From contig CAYJQU010000001.1 of the NCBI GenBank assembly GCA_964372495.1, positions 2,935 to 66,934 of the forward strand: 64,000 bases of DNA, given 5' to 3'. The translations under genes were made by a program, and so were the position numbers. The notes below the pieces were generated by a model that worked only from the letters and a program-made list of their open reading frames with translations, had not been told where the DNA came from and made no database searches. The stretch is from an uncultured Gammaproteobacteria bacterium. GTDB taxonomy: Bacteria > Patescibacteriota > Microgenomatia > JAUYPR01. Below, one piece after another: positions 49,482-58,002 of this stretch (position 1 is its first letter; every line of letters starts with the position of its first letter).

Positions 49482-50563
49482 AAGTTCACTTTCTCTTCCC
49501 ATCTCCAAAGAAGCCATGGGTTGCACTAGTGAAGAACGGCAAGGCACCTGATCATCCACTGTATGGTCTCACCTATTTTCCAGGGTTAGGTCTGGATGTG
49601 TCCTTTAGCGACAAGGGATTTACCGATAGTATCGCTAGTTTTCTGTTTTCTCTAGTTGATCGGTGGTTTCGGTCGCGGACGTACATGGGTTTTAAGCCAC
49701 TTGTCGTACTGGCGCAGCTGGTCGAAATGAGGAGAGCACAGGTGATTGTCAGTTTTGCTGAGAACGTAGGCCTGCCAGCATTGCTGTGTAAAAAACTTAG
49801 ATTTATTTCTGCCCCTGTCGTTTTTGTAAGCATTGGCTTTGACCACAGATTCTTGCGGCGAGCATCTTTTATGAGACGATTTGTGGGGATTTTACTAAAA
49901 GAAGCCAGGCGGATTGTCGTATACTCAAAAAAGGAGAAGGAAGTGTATCATAAAGTTTTTGGGATTTCACCGGAGAAATTACGCGTGGTTTCCCTGGGAG
50001 TGGATATGGAGTTTCTCAGACCAGAAGAGTCTGAAGAGCCAATTGATATTCTTGCAGCAGGAAGAGATTACGGGAGAGACTTTGGCACATTGCTTGAGGC
50101 TATACGCGGCACCCAGTATACGGTTGTGCTCGTTTGCCCAAAAGAACACCTGCCAAATACCCCGTTACCAGAGAACGTAACACATTACGAGCATGTCAGC
50201 TATAGGAAAATGCGTACGCTGTACAGCAAAACTAAGATTGTTGCAGTGACAGTGCATCCCTATAAGACGTCCGGCCAATTCGGTATTCTTGAGGCATGGG
50301 CGATGGGAAAGGCCGTTATTGCAAGCGATGTTTCGCGTATTGTGACTGCGTTTTCAGCAGTTGACGGAGAACATTATCGCCTTGTTACTCCAGGAAGTGT
50401 CACCAAGTTACGCGAGGTGATTGACGAACTACTCGGAAGTGCCTCGCTGTGGAGACGCTACGGGCGGCAAGGACGGAGCTTAGTAGTACATAATCACACC
50501 AGCAAGTCCTATGCTCAGGCAGTGGCCTCTGTAGTAAAGGAAGTTGTTGATGGGCAAGGCTGA
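49478..50563 (+). CDS. GT-B fold glycosyltransferase (GT4-like, divergent)
   Basis: C-terminal HPYKTSGQFGILEAWAMGKAVIASD. ATGA overlap. Confidence 0.6.
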   Translation: MKVHFLFPSPKKPWVALVKNGKAPDHPLYGLTYFPGLGLDVSFSDKGFTDSIASFLFSLVDRWFRSRTYMGFKPLVVLAQLVEMRRAQVIVSFAENVGLPALLCKKLRFISAPVVFVSIGFDHRFLRRASFMRRFVGILLKEARRIVVYSKKEKEVYHKVFGISPEKLRVVSLGVDMEFLRPEESEEPIDILAAGRDYGRDFGTLLEAIRGTQYTVVLVCPKEHLPNTPLPENVTHYEHVSYRKMRTLYSKTKIVAVTVHPYKTSGQFGILEAWAMGKAVIASDVSRIVTAFSAVDGEHYRLVTPGSVTKLREVIDELLGSASLWRRYGRQGRSLVVHNHTSKSYAQAVASVVKEVVDGQG

Positions 50564-51641
50564 GCTGTCGGTTTGCTATTTCGGGTCTTATGCCCGCAAG
50601 TATTCGCGAAACAAGATACTGATTGATGGTCTTACGAAAAACAACGTAGTAGTTTTGCATTGCCAGAGCTCATCTGGTTTGTTCCTGTGGCGCTACGCAG
50701 AGCTTCTGAGGACCTATTGGCCACTTCGAGGTAGTGTCGATGTAGTACTCGTGGGATTTCGAGGACATCTGGATATGCCGCTGGCGTGGCTCCTTGGCAG
50801 GATAAGTGGAAAGAAGATAATTTTCGATGCGTTCATCTCTATTTACGATACCTACTTAAATGATAGGAAGATTTTTTCAAAGTATAGCATTCGCGCAATT
50901 TTCTATTATATCGTTGACTGGTTTGCGATTACACTTGCCGATCATGTCGTATTAGATACAAATGCTCAGATTGATTATTTTACGAGGACTTTTCGGCAAC
51001 CCCGTAGTAAGTTTACTAGAATATTTGTGGGTGGGGATGATACCGTATTTGTTCCACGGAAAAAGAGACCAAAACAATATATTCTTGTCGAGTGGCATGG
51101 TATTTTCACTAGGTTGCATGGACTGGAAACTGTGCTTGAGGCGGCAAAGCGTCTTGAGCAAAATTCCCAGATACGATTTTTAGTGATAGGTGATAATCCA
51201 CATTTTCGGATATCTGATCGGGCGCACCAGCTCCTGACGGTGAAGAAGCCCAAGAATCTCTTATGGGAGAGGTCGCTGCCGCTTGAGCAGCTTGCGCAAC
51301 GTGTGACTGAAGCTGACATCAGCCTTGGCCACTTCGGTACAACAGAAAAAGCGCTCAACGTGTTAACAAATAAAATCTTTCATGGACTAGCTGTAGGGAA
51401 CGCGGTGATTGTAGAAAGCTCTCCGGCGTCCAGTGAGCTACTGACCGATGGCATCAATTGTGTCTTTGCGAAATCAGGGGATGCGAAGAGTTTAGCACAG
51501 AAGATTGAATATTTGGTTGAGAATGAAGATGTGCGTTCCAGGATCGCCGAAGCAGGGCACTCTTTATTTTTTGAAAGACTGACGAATTATAAGCTGGGAG
51601 GGGAATTAAAGCGATGTATTCTGCAGGTAATAGAGATCTAA
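50550..51641 (+). CDS. Putative GT-B fold glycosyltransferase (divergent, AT-richer gene)
   Basis: 365 aa. Rossmann-like alternation. C-terminal GNAVIVESSPASSELLTDGINCV resembles the GT1 donor-binding region. Last gene of the + operon. Confidence 0.5.
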   Translation: MGKAELSVCYFGSYARKYSRNKILIDGLTKNNVVVLHCQSSSGLFLWRYAELLRTYWPLRGSVDVVLVGFRGHLDMPLAWLLGRISGKKIIFDAFISIYDTYLNDRKIFSKYSIRAIFYYIVDWFAITLADHVVLDTNAQIDYFTRTFRQPRSKFTRIFVGGDDTVFVPRKKRPKQYILVEWHGIFTRLHGLETVLEAAKRLEQNSQIRFLVIGDNPHFRISDRAHQLLTVKKPKNLLWERSLPLEQLAQRVTEADISLGHFGTTEKALNVLTNKIFHGLAVGNAVIVESSPASSELLTDGINCVFAKSGDAKSLAQKIEYLVENEDVRSRIAEAGHSLFFERLTNYKLGGELKRCILQVIEI

Positions 51642-51653
51642 AATTTCTTCGGT

Positions 51654-51691
51654 AGAGTATGTTCAATATATCAGTATATTGAACATACTCT
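51654..51691. terminator. Bidirectional intrinsic terminator: perfect 17-bp inverted repeat with 4-nt loop
   Basis: AGAGTATGTTCAATATA-tcag-TATATTGAACATACTCT, followed by TTTTAATG on + and an A/T-rich stretch on -. Lies between the convergent 50550(+) and 51693(-) genes. Confidence 0.6.
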
Positions 51692-51692
51692 T

Positions 51693-53006
51693 TTAATGTC
51701 GTGCTAAGAACTCGGTTACAACGTCGGCAACATAGTTTCGTTCTTGCTTTCCAATCCCCGGCCAGACGCCGATGAAGAATGTGTCTTCGAGTATTTTGTC
51801 TGAATTGGTGAGCTCGCCAACGACGCGGTGAGGGATATTACGATACGGTGCATGCCGTAGAATGTTTCCTGCAAAGAGTGAGCGAGTCTCGACCAGATGC
51901 TCTTCAAGATACAGGGTAATATCTCTTCGAGAAAATGGCGCGCCATCTTTAATAGTGAGGGGGAAGCTGAACCAGCAAGGATCGGCTTTTGGCAGCGACC
52001 GCGGGAGTATGAAATAATCTTCATACTTTTTGAATAATTGATAAAAGAATTCAAAATTTTCTCTTCTTTTTTTCACAAATTCAGGAAATCGGTCCAGTTG
52101 CACAAATCCCATTGCGGCTTGTACCTCCGTAGGTTTGAGGTTAAAGCCTATATTGGCGAACATATACTTGTGGTCCGCGGGATGCCCGTTAATGAGGAAA
52201 CCAAATCGATTATTGCAAGCTCCCATGGGGTTTTGCTCAGTTGATTTGCAGTAGCATGCCCGTCCCCAATCCCTCAATGAGAGAGCAGTCTTGTACAACC
52301 GTTCGTCGCTGACGAACACGGCTCCTCCTTCGCCAGCTGTTGTCATATGATGTGCAGGGTAGAATGACTCAGTAGCCAGAATGCCGAAACTTCCCGTTTT
52401 TTTGCCCGCATACTCCGATCCAAGAGCATCGCAATTATCTTCAATCAGGAGCAACGCGTGTTCCTTGCACAGACGCGTAAGTGTGTCCATGGCGTTTGGG
52501 TTTCCAAGTGTATGCGGGACAAAGATGGCCTTTGTTTTGCGACCGATGGCGTCTGAAAACTTCTCGGCAGGTATGTTTAAGGTGTCGAGTGCAACATCCA
52601 AAAAGACTGGTGTAAGTCGGTAAAAAAGGAGTGGATTTACGGTAGTTGGAAACGTGCAGGCTGGTGTAATGACCTCGTCACCCTCACGAAGTCCCCAGGA
52701 GAAATTTGGTGACGAGAGGGTAGCAATGGCAAGCAAGCTTGCCGATGAACCACTATTAGTAAGAAGTGCTTTCGGCACTCCTATATAGGAAGCAAGTTTT
52801 TTTTCTAGTTGTTCGCCTAAGGATCCGAGTCCAAACCACCCGTCTAGTATCGCGGTAACCATCGCCGTTACTTCCTGTTCGCCATAGTAGGCACCCGCAT
52901 AGCGGACGCGGGTTTTTCCCGGTATGAATTGGCGCATCTCCTGTTGGTGAGCGACGTATTGCTGGATGAGTGTAAGCAAGCGTTTTTTTATGGTATCGCC
53001 CTTCAT
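51693..53006 (-). CDS. DegT/DnrJ-fold PLP/PMP enzyme, CDP-4-keto-6-deoxyglucose 3-dehydrase (RfbH/DdhC, E1)-like
   Basis: 437 aa. LRDWGRACYCKSTEQNPMGACNNRFG...HKYMFANIGFNLKPTEVQAAMGFVQLDRFPEFV. The Cys cluster after DWGR and the overall pattern resemble RfbH/E1 rather than a plain aminotransferase. Confidence 0.65.
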   Translation of the reverse strand: MKGDTIKKRLLTLIQQYVAHQQEMRQFIPGKTRVRYAGAYYGEQEVTAMVTAILDGWFGLGSLGEQLEKKLASYIGVPKALLTNSGSSASLLAIATLSSPNFSWGLREGDEVITPACTFPTTVNPLLFYRLTPVFLDVALDTLNIPAEKFSDAIGRKTKAIFVPHTLGNPNAMDTLTRLCKEHALLLIEDNCDALGSEYAGKKTGSFGILATESFYPAHHMTTAGEGGAVFVSDERLYKTALSLRDWGRACYCKSTEQNPMGACNNRFGFLINGHPADHKYMFANIGFNLKPTEVQAAMGFVQLDRFPEFVKKRRENFEFFYQLFKKYEDYFILPRSLPKADPCWFSFPLTIKDGAPFSRRDITLYLEEHLVETRSLFAGNILRHAPYRNIPHRVVGELTNSDKILEDTFFIGVWPGIGKQERNYVADVVTEFLARH

Positions 53007-54005
53007 TTAGTTGGCCCAGTAGTGGGATTTGTATTGGCGATAGAAGGTAATCGTCTTTGCGAGCCCTTCCGTAAGTGGTGTTCTGGGCTTCCAGCCAGAG
53101 ATAGAGTGAAACTTTTGGTAATCACCGATATAGTCTCCGCTTTCGATCTTTCTGCGCTCCTCAGTGTACTCCTTGTATTCAATGCGTCCACTTTTGGCGA
53201 TTTCAATGGCTTGTTGAACGAACGCAACGAGTGATACTCCCTGGTTACTACTTATCACGAATGCATTCCCTTCTGCCTCAGGGATACTGGCTGAAAGCAG
53301 GAATGCGTGTGTTGCGTCGTCTACGTGTAGAAAATCACGCAGCTGCTTGCCATTTCCGAAGATTGGTACTGCTTCGTCATCAATGATCAGGCGGAGAAAG
53401 AAGTTTTGTACGCCGTATTTTGTATGCTGCATCTGGTGTCGATGACCGTAGATATTGGTGAGGCGCAAACTGACAGCTCTGAGCCCACAGATGCGACGGT
53501 AAATAAAGTGATAGTGCTCACCGGCGATTTTATGTGCGCCATATATGTCGATTGGTTCCATCGGAGTTTCTTCGGTAACTGGCAGTGCAGCAGGAACCCC
53601 ATACTGTGCTCGAGACCCAGCGTACACTACCAACACATGCGGATTAACCTCGCGACAGGCTTCTAGCAGTGTAAGCTGGCCACGACAGTTTATATCGAGG
53701 TCTAGGTAGGGATCTTTCATGCTATCGACATGGCTTGTTTGTGCTGCGATGTTAAAAATAATGTCCTTTTCTTTAACAGCTTTTTGTATTGCCTCGCGGT
53801 CACGTATGTCTCCCGTGATGAAGTGTACGCGATCCCTGATCTCCTCTATATTAAAAAGATTCCCCCCGTACCCTGGTAGGAGCGCGTCATAAAGGGTTAC
53901 ATCTGCCTTAAATTCGATAAGGGCTTGGGCAAGATTACTTCCTAGAAAACCTAGTCCGCCAGTAATAAGAATCTTCTTTCCCGGGAAGAATTGTGTTGGA
54001 TTCAC
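53007..54005 (-). CDS. NAD(P)-dependent sugar epimerase/dehydratase (extended SDR)
   Basis: ILITGGLGFLGSN (Rossmann) and the YGAHK catalytic YxxxK. Immediately upstream of the RfbH-like gene with no intergenic gap. Confidence 0.75.
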   Translation of the reverse strand: MNPTQFFPGKKILITGGLGFLGSNLAQALIEFKADVTLYDALLPGYGGNLFNIEEIRDRVHFITGDIRDREAIQKAVKEKDIIFNIAAQTSHVDSMKDPYLDLDINCRGQLTLLEACREVNPHVLVVYAGSRAQYGVPAALPVTEETPMEPIDIYGAHKIAGEHYHFIYRRICGLRAVSLRLTNIYGHRHQMQHTKYGVQNFFLRLIIDDEAVPIFGNGKQLRDFLHVDDATHAFLLSASIPEAEGNAFVISSNQGVSLVAFVQQAIEIAKSGRIEYKEYTEERRKIESGDYIGDYQKFHSISGWKPRTPLTEGLAKTITFYRQYKSHYWAN

Positions 54006-54025
54006 GAGCCAATTGTATCAAATTT

Positions 54026-54847
54026 CTATTGACGCGGCCGTTTTGTAGCTACCACAAAGATGTTAGCTCTGAAATCAGAATCGCTTCGGATGTACGAGGC
54101 AAGTGGGCGGAACAGTTTTACGCGTGTGCCTCTTGCAAATACCCTTCTAGTTCCATACAAGATTTTATACAGTTGGGAGGGTACCGAGAACGGTAATCCA
54201 AGTTCAAATAACATCAGCATCCTGGGAGTAATCGTTCCAGAAACTGACTCGATGGTGAATCCCGCGTTCTTGGCTAAAGCTAGCCATCTTCTTTCCGACG
54301 GGAGAAATACGTGCTTGAACGCTTTGTTAATAGCCCTATAGTAGAGGTGGGCAAGTGGCTCAAGGCTTAGCGCTCGTAGGATTTTTACCATGAGCAGTCC
54401 TGAGTACAACTGGTTAGTAGGCACTGAGAAGTAAAAACGGCCGCCCAGCTTTAGTATTCGATATACCTCCTGAAACACACGTTCATTGTTGGGTATATGT
54501 TCAAGTGTGCTGATAGAAATAACAGTGCCAAAACTTCGTGCTTTGAATGGTAAGTCTCGAGCGTCGGCTACAATGGTCTTGCGATATTTTCCGCAAGAGG
54601 TGGCATGGAGTATCTCTTTTGGACTAATATCAAGACCCACTTCAACTTGCGAGGAAAAAAACACACCGCCAAATTCACCAAAGCCACAACCAATATCGAG
54701 CACTGGTTTCGTGAGTCTATGCTTAGCCAGCTCTTGCGCTTCACCGGAGCGCCAAATGGCAAGTGACAGTGGAGCTATTCGTAGATACCTCTCAAAGTAC
54801 ACTGAGCTTGCAGTTGGTAGCGTCTCTTTGGATAATGTGGTAGTCAT
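54026..54847 (-). CDS. Class I SAM-dependent methyltransferase
   Basis: VLDIGCGFGEFG, FGTVISISTLEHI, LGGRFYFSVP. Confidence 0.7.
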   Translation of the reverse strand: MTTTLSKETLPTASSVYFERYLRIAPLSLAIWRSGEAQELAKHRLTKPVLDIGCGFGEFGGVFFSSQVEVGLDISPKEILHATSCGKYRKTIVADARDLPFKARSFGTVISISTLEHIPNNERVFQEVYRILKLGGRFYFSVPTNQLYSGLLMVKILRALSLEPLAHLYYRAINKAFKHVFLPSERRWLALAKNAGFTIESVSGTITPRMLMLFELGLPFSVPSQLYKILYGTRRVFARGTRVKLFRPLASYIRSDSDFRANIFVVATKRPRQ

Positions 54848-56454
54848 CGTCGGCGGAGGCTGCCTAGCAGAAGAGAACCGGCCATTCCCAGGGAGGAAAC
54901 AAGCGAGATGTTGTTACCAAGTTGGCGCAGGGGTGTTTCCGTGAATCGAAGCGTCAACGTATACGTGCCGGCTGGTATCACAGAGGTTATCATACCAGAG
55001 GGCTCAATGGGAATCTCTGTACCGTTTCTCGTCAGTCGCCATCCTGGGAAGTTGAGGATGGAGAACTGTATGTGCGAGTCTGTGGCGACGTTGGCAGACA
55101 ATTTTGCATTAGCGGCTTTCCGGTCTGTGAGCAGTAGGGTTGCATCCCCTGAGAGAACCTTTGCAAATTCTTTGGGTGTATTGTTTGCATGTTGCGGCGC
55201 GCCCTTTGGTAGAAGATACACGTCAAGCTTTTTCGGATCGTAGAAGGATTGATAATACTGTGTATCTTGGTGATGCCAGCCATGCCCTGATGAATAGTGC
55301 CTACTGGGTGTAATAGCCAGTATCACAAGTAGTAAAAATAGTACCGTTGGTAAGCGAACATGGGAAATTGTGTACGCTGCCAAAAAGCTAGTAACGAACG
55401 TAGTAAGAGTAAGAAACCGCCATGGGAAAAGAAGGGTGCGCAAGGGTGACACATTATCCCACAGAAATTTACTGTAGGTAGTTATAAGGAATATCGCAGC
55501 AATGCTGAGGAGTGCGCCAAACAGTGGTACGACAGGGACACTCCGCCGTCGCAGCAAGATCAAAGAGCATGCCGAAAACCCGGCAAGCAGGAATATACTT
55601 TGGGTGAGACCAACTTGAATTCCAGTGCCAATCGGTTTGCCAATGATCGGAAAGTGAACTAACTGGGCCAGTGGCAGAAGGTGACCCTCATAAATGGAGA
55701 AGTACGTTTTCTCAAGTTCTACATACTGTTGTTCAAACACCATAGGAAACCACTGATAAGCGGCAAGCAAAAAGCCAAGAGCCGTCGAAACGCAATAAAG
55801 GAAGATAGCGCTGCGCTGTTTGTGGAGAATGTAAAAAGCGTACAGAAGTGCAATGGGTAGAAATATCATGAGGGTCAACGCGTGCGTGGTGATAAAACCA
55901 AAGAAAATGAGTGCCGAAAAAATAATCCATTTATGGTCTCCCCCGCGGAGTTTGTGTGGAGTGAGGAAAAGGAGCGGAATAAAAATGAACGAAAGTGCCT
56001 CTCCGAGAGCTCCACGTTCGTATAGATCCGCAAGCCGATAGGGAGCACTTATATAAACGATGGAACCGAAGAGGGCAGTCTTTTGGAAAAAATAGGTTCT
56101 CAGAAATGCAAAGCAGGTAATTCCAGAAAGTGCGGTGGAGGCAAAAAGGAGCAGTTTAAATATCGACTCAAAATCGAGGTATGTGGCCAGGTGAATAAAC
56201 GCTCCGATGTAGTATGGCAAACTGTAGTTGTATACGAACGTCGGATACCCATAGCCAAAGTACCAGTTGTCGAGCCAGCGAACGGGAACATGACCTTCCT
56301 GTAATGCCTTTGTGAATTGCGCAAGTCGCGCAATGTGGATTGTGCCGTCATGCGATGTAAAGACTCCTGGAGTTAGGAGGTTGCTTGCAAGGATAAAAGA
56401 GATTATTACGATTAGTATCTGCGGCCAGTAGTGAAAACGGCGAGGCCTCTTCAT
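54844..56454 (-). CDS. Divergent YfhO-like polytopic membrane protein
   Basis: N-terminal FTSHDGTIHIARLAQFTKAL...VPVRWLDNWYFGYGYP and C-terminal LNFPGWRLTRNGTEIP. Paralog of the 26210 and 40347(-) genes. Confidence 0.6.
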   Translation of the reverse strand: MKRPRRFHYWPQILIVIISFILASNLLTPGVFTSHDGTIHIARLAQFTKALQEGHVPVRWLDNWYFGYGYPTFVYNYSLPYYIGAFIHLATYLDFESIFKLLLFASTALSGITCFAFLRTYFFQKTALFGSIVYISAPYRLADLYERGALGEALSFIFIPLLFLTPHKLRGGDHKWIIFSALIFFGFITTHALTLMIFLPIALLYAFYILHKQRSAIFLYCVSTALGFLLAAYQWFPMVFEQQYVELEKTYFSIYEGHLLPLAQLVHFPIIGKPIGTGIQVGLTQSIFLLAGFSACSLILLRRRSVPVVPLFGALLSIAAIFLITTYSKFLWDNVSPLRTLLFPWRFLTLTTFVTSFLAAYTISHVRLPTVLFLLLVILAITPSRHYSSGHGWHHQDTQYYQSFYDPKKLDVYLLPKGAPQHANNTPKEFAKVLSGDATLLLTDRKAANAKLSANVATDSHIQFSILNFPGWRLTRNGTEIPIEPSGMITSVIPAGTYTLTLRFTETPLRQLGNNISLVSSLGMAGSLLLGSLRRR

Positions 56455-56460
56455 GTTCTA

Positions 56461-57996
56461 CTATGGTAGCCGCGCTATCTGATGGTAGCTGATCGTTAAG
56501 CGAGTGTGTTCGTTTATACGTAAGGCAGTTAGGGTACAGCAGGGTCCGAGGCGAATTATTTGTTTTTGATCGTCCACTACCCATTCAGAAAATTGGTTTT
56601 CGAAAAAGACGATTGTCCTGACGTTGCTGGGAAGTAAAAATGAATCCTGCGGACGCTCGAAGCGGCTCGTGCGATTGTTGTATGTGGTGAAAACCTTATT
56701 TTGTACTAAGCTCCCCTGTCTTGAGACATCTTCAAACACATAGACCTGAAAATATGGGAGGAAATAGGCTGCATGCCTCCATTGTCTATGATCGCTCACA
56801 ATCAGTGTGGTCTGTGAATTAAAGGTTTCGCGAATGTAGCCAATTTTGGATTCGAATAAGCGATCGTTTGCGCGGATACTTGCGTATCCCAAGTATTGTG
56901 GCCGGTCTGAATCTAGATCACGAAAGAAGAAATGTGTATTGAACACTACGACAACTGAAAGTGTTGCGCTTAATATGAGCTTACGGCCATTTTCATTGAT
57001 GAGGCTATGGGCACTGTGGTCAATAAAGTATGCCAGGAGAATTGTTGCGGGGAGAAGAAGCGCAAGGGTATGAGCTGGGTGGTCAGACTTAAGGAAGACT
57101 TGAAAAAGAGCAATAGGCACCACCCATAGACTGAAAAAGAGCAACCGTGCTCTGTTGAGTGGAAGTGAGTACCTGCCGGTTCGGATTCTCGCAAGGACTG
57201 CATAAAGCACCGGATACGAATAGAATAGGAGTGCTATGGTAAATGCGCTCATGAAGCTGACAGCGAGTGTAGTGGCATAAAATTTTGTGTTGGCGATACC
57301 CGGTGGCTGCAAATCAGTAGCTGCCCTTAGTAACAGACCGAGGTAGCCAGCTATTCCTCCAGTAATGGACAGTAGCGGAATTATCCACATGAGGCAAAGA
57401 AGAAATGTTGTGAGCACTACTCGTTTTTTCTCGTGAGGAGTAATGATGCCTAGGTAGTACAAAAGGGGAAGTCCCACGTTTATGATTTCGTGCGGGCGTA
57501 TGCCCAACAAGATAGTCAGGGAGAGCGGTAGTAAAAAAAGGTGACTACGTCCCTTCCATCTGGCCTCCGCAATGCACCAGATTACTGTTGCATGGAAGAA
57601 TAACGCCACGATATATGGGAGGGCCACAATCCCAAAGAACCAAAAAGTAGTAGAGGTAAGAAAGAGAAGAGATGCAATAAAACCTGTTCTGCTGTTGCAT
57701 ATTGCCCTTCCAATCAGAAACGTGAGTAGTGCTACCCCAGCACTAAAAAGGACAGATAAGAAGGTAAGCGTTTGCAATGGACCTCCAATGAGTGGGACCA
57801 ATAGTCTACCTGTCATTACGTACAGGAAGTAGCCGGGGAATCCAGGCTCGTTGTTTGGAATATCGTAGACGATAAGGCCGCGAGCGTATCCAATACTGTC
57901 TGAAACTATGGGAAACCGCTCTTGCGTAATAAAGCGGAGGATAAAGGTAGTAGCAAACATGCACAGTGCAAACAGAGCAATGCGAGAGAAATGCAT
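56461..57996 (-). CDS. Polytopic membrane protein, GT-C-like (divergent)
   Basis: 511 aa, about 12 TM segments, N-terminal loop after TM1. Sits within the GT2 / GT-C / YfhO-like operon on the - strand. Confidence 0.5.
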   Translation of the reverse strand: MHFSRIALFALCMFATTFILRFITQERFPIVSDSIGYARGLIVYDIPNNEPGFPGYFLYVMTGRLLVPLIGGPLQTLTFLSVLFSAGVALLTFLIGRAICNSRTGFIASLLFLTSTTFWFFGIVALPYIVALFFHATVIWCIAEARWKGRSHLFLLPLSLTILLGIRPHEIINVGLPLLYYLGIITPHEKKRVVLTTFLLCLMWIIPLLSITGGIAGYLGLLLRAATDLQPPGIANTKFYATTLAVSFMSAFTIALLFYSYPVLYAVLARIRTGRYSLPLNRARLLFFSLWVVPIALFQVFLKSDHPAHTLALLLPATILLAYFIDHSAHSLINENGRKLILSATLSVVVVFNTHFFFRDLDSDRPQYLGYASIRANDRLFESKIGYIRETFNSQTTLIVSDHRQWRHAAYFLPYFQVYVFEDVSRQGSLVQNKVFTTYNNRTSRFERPQDSFLLPSNVRTIVFFENQFSEWVVDDQKQIIRLGPCCTLTALRINEHTRLTISYHQIARLP

Positions 57997-58002
57997 GTCT
58001 CT

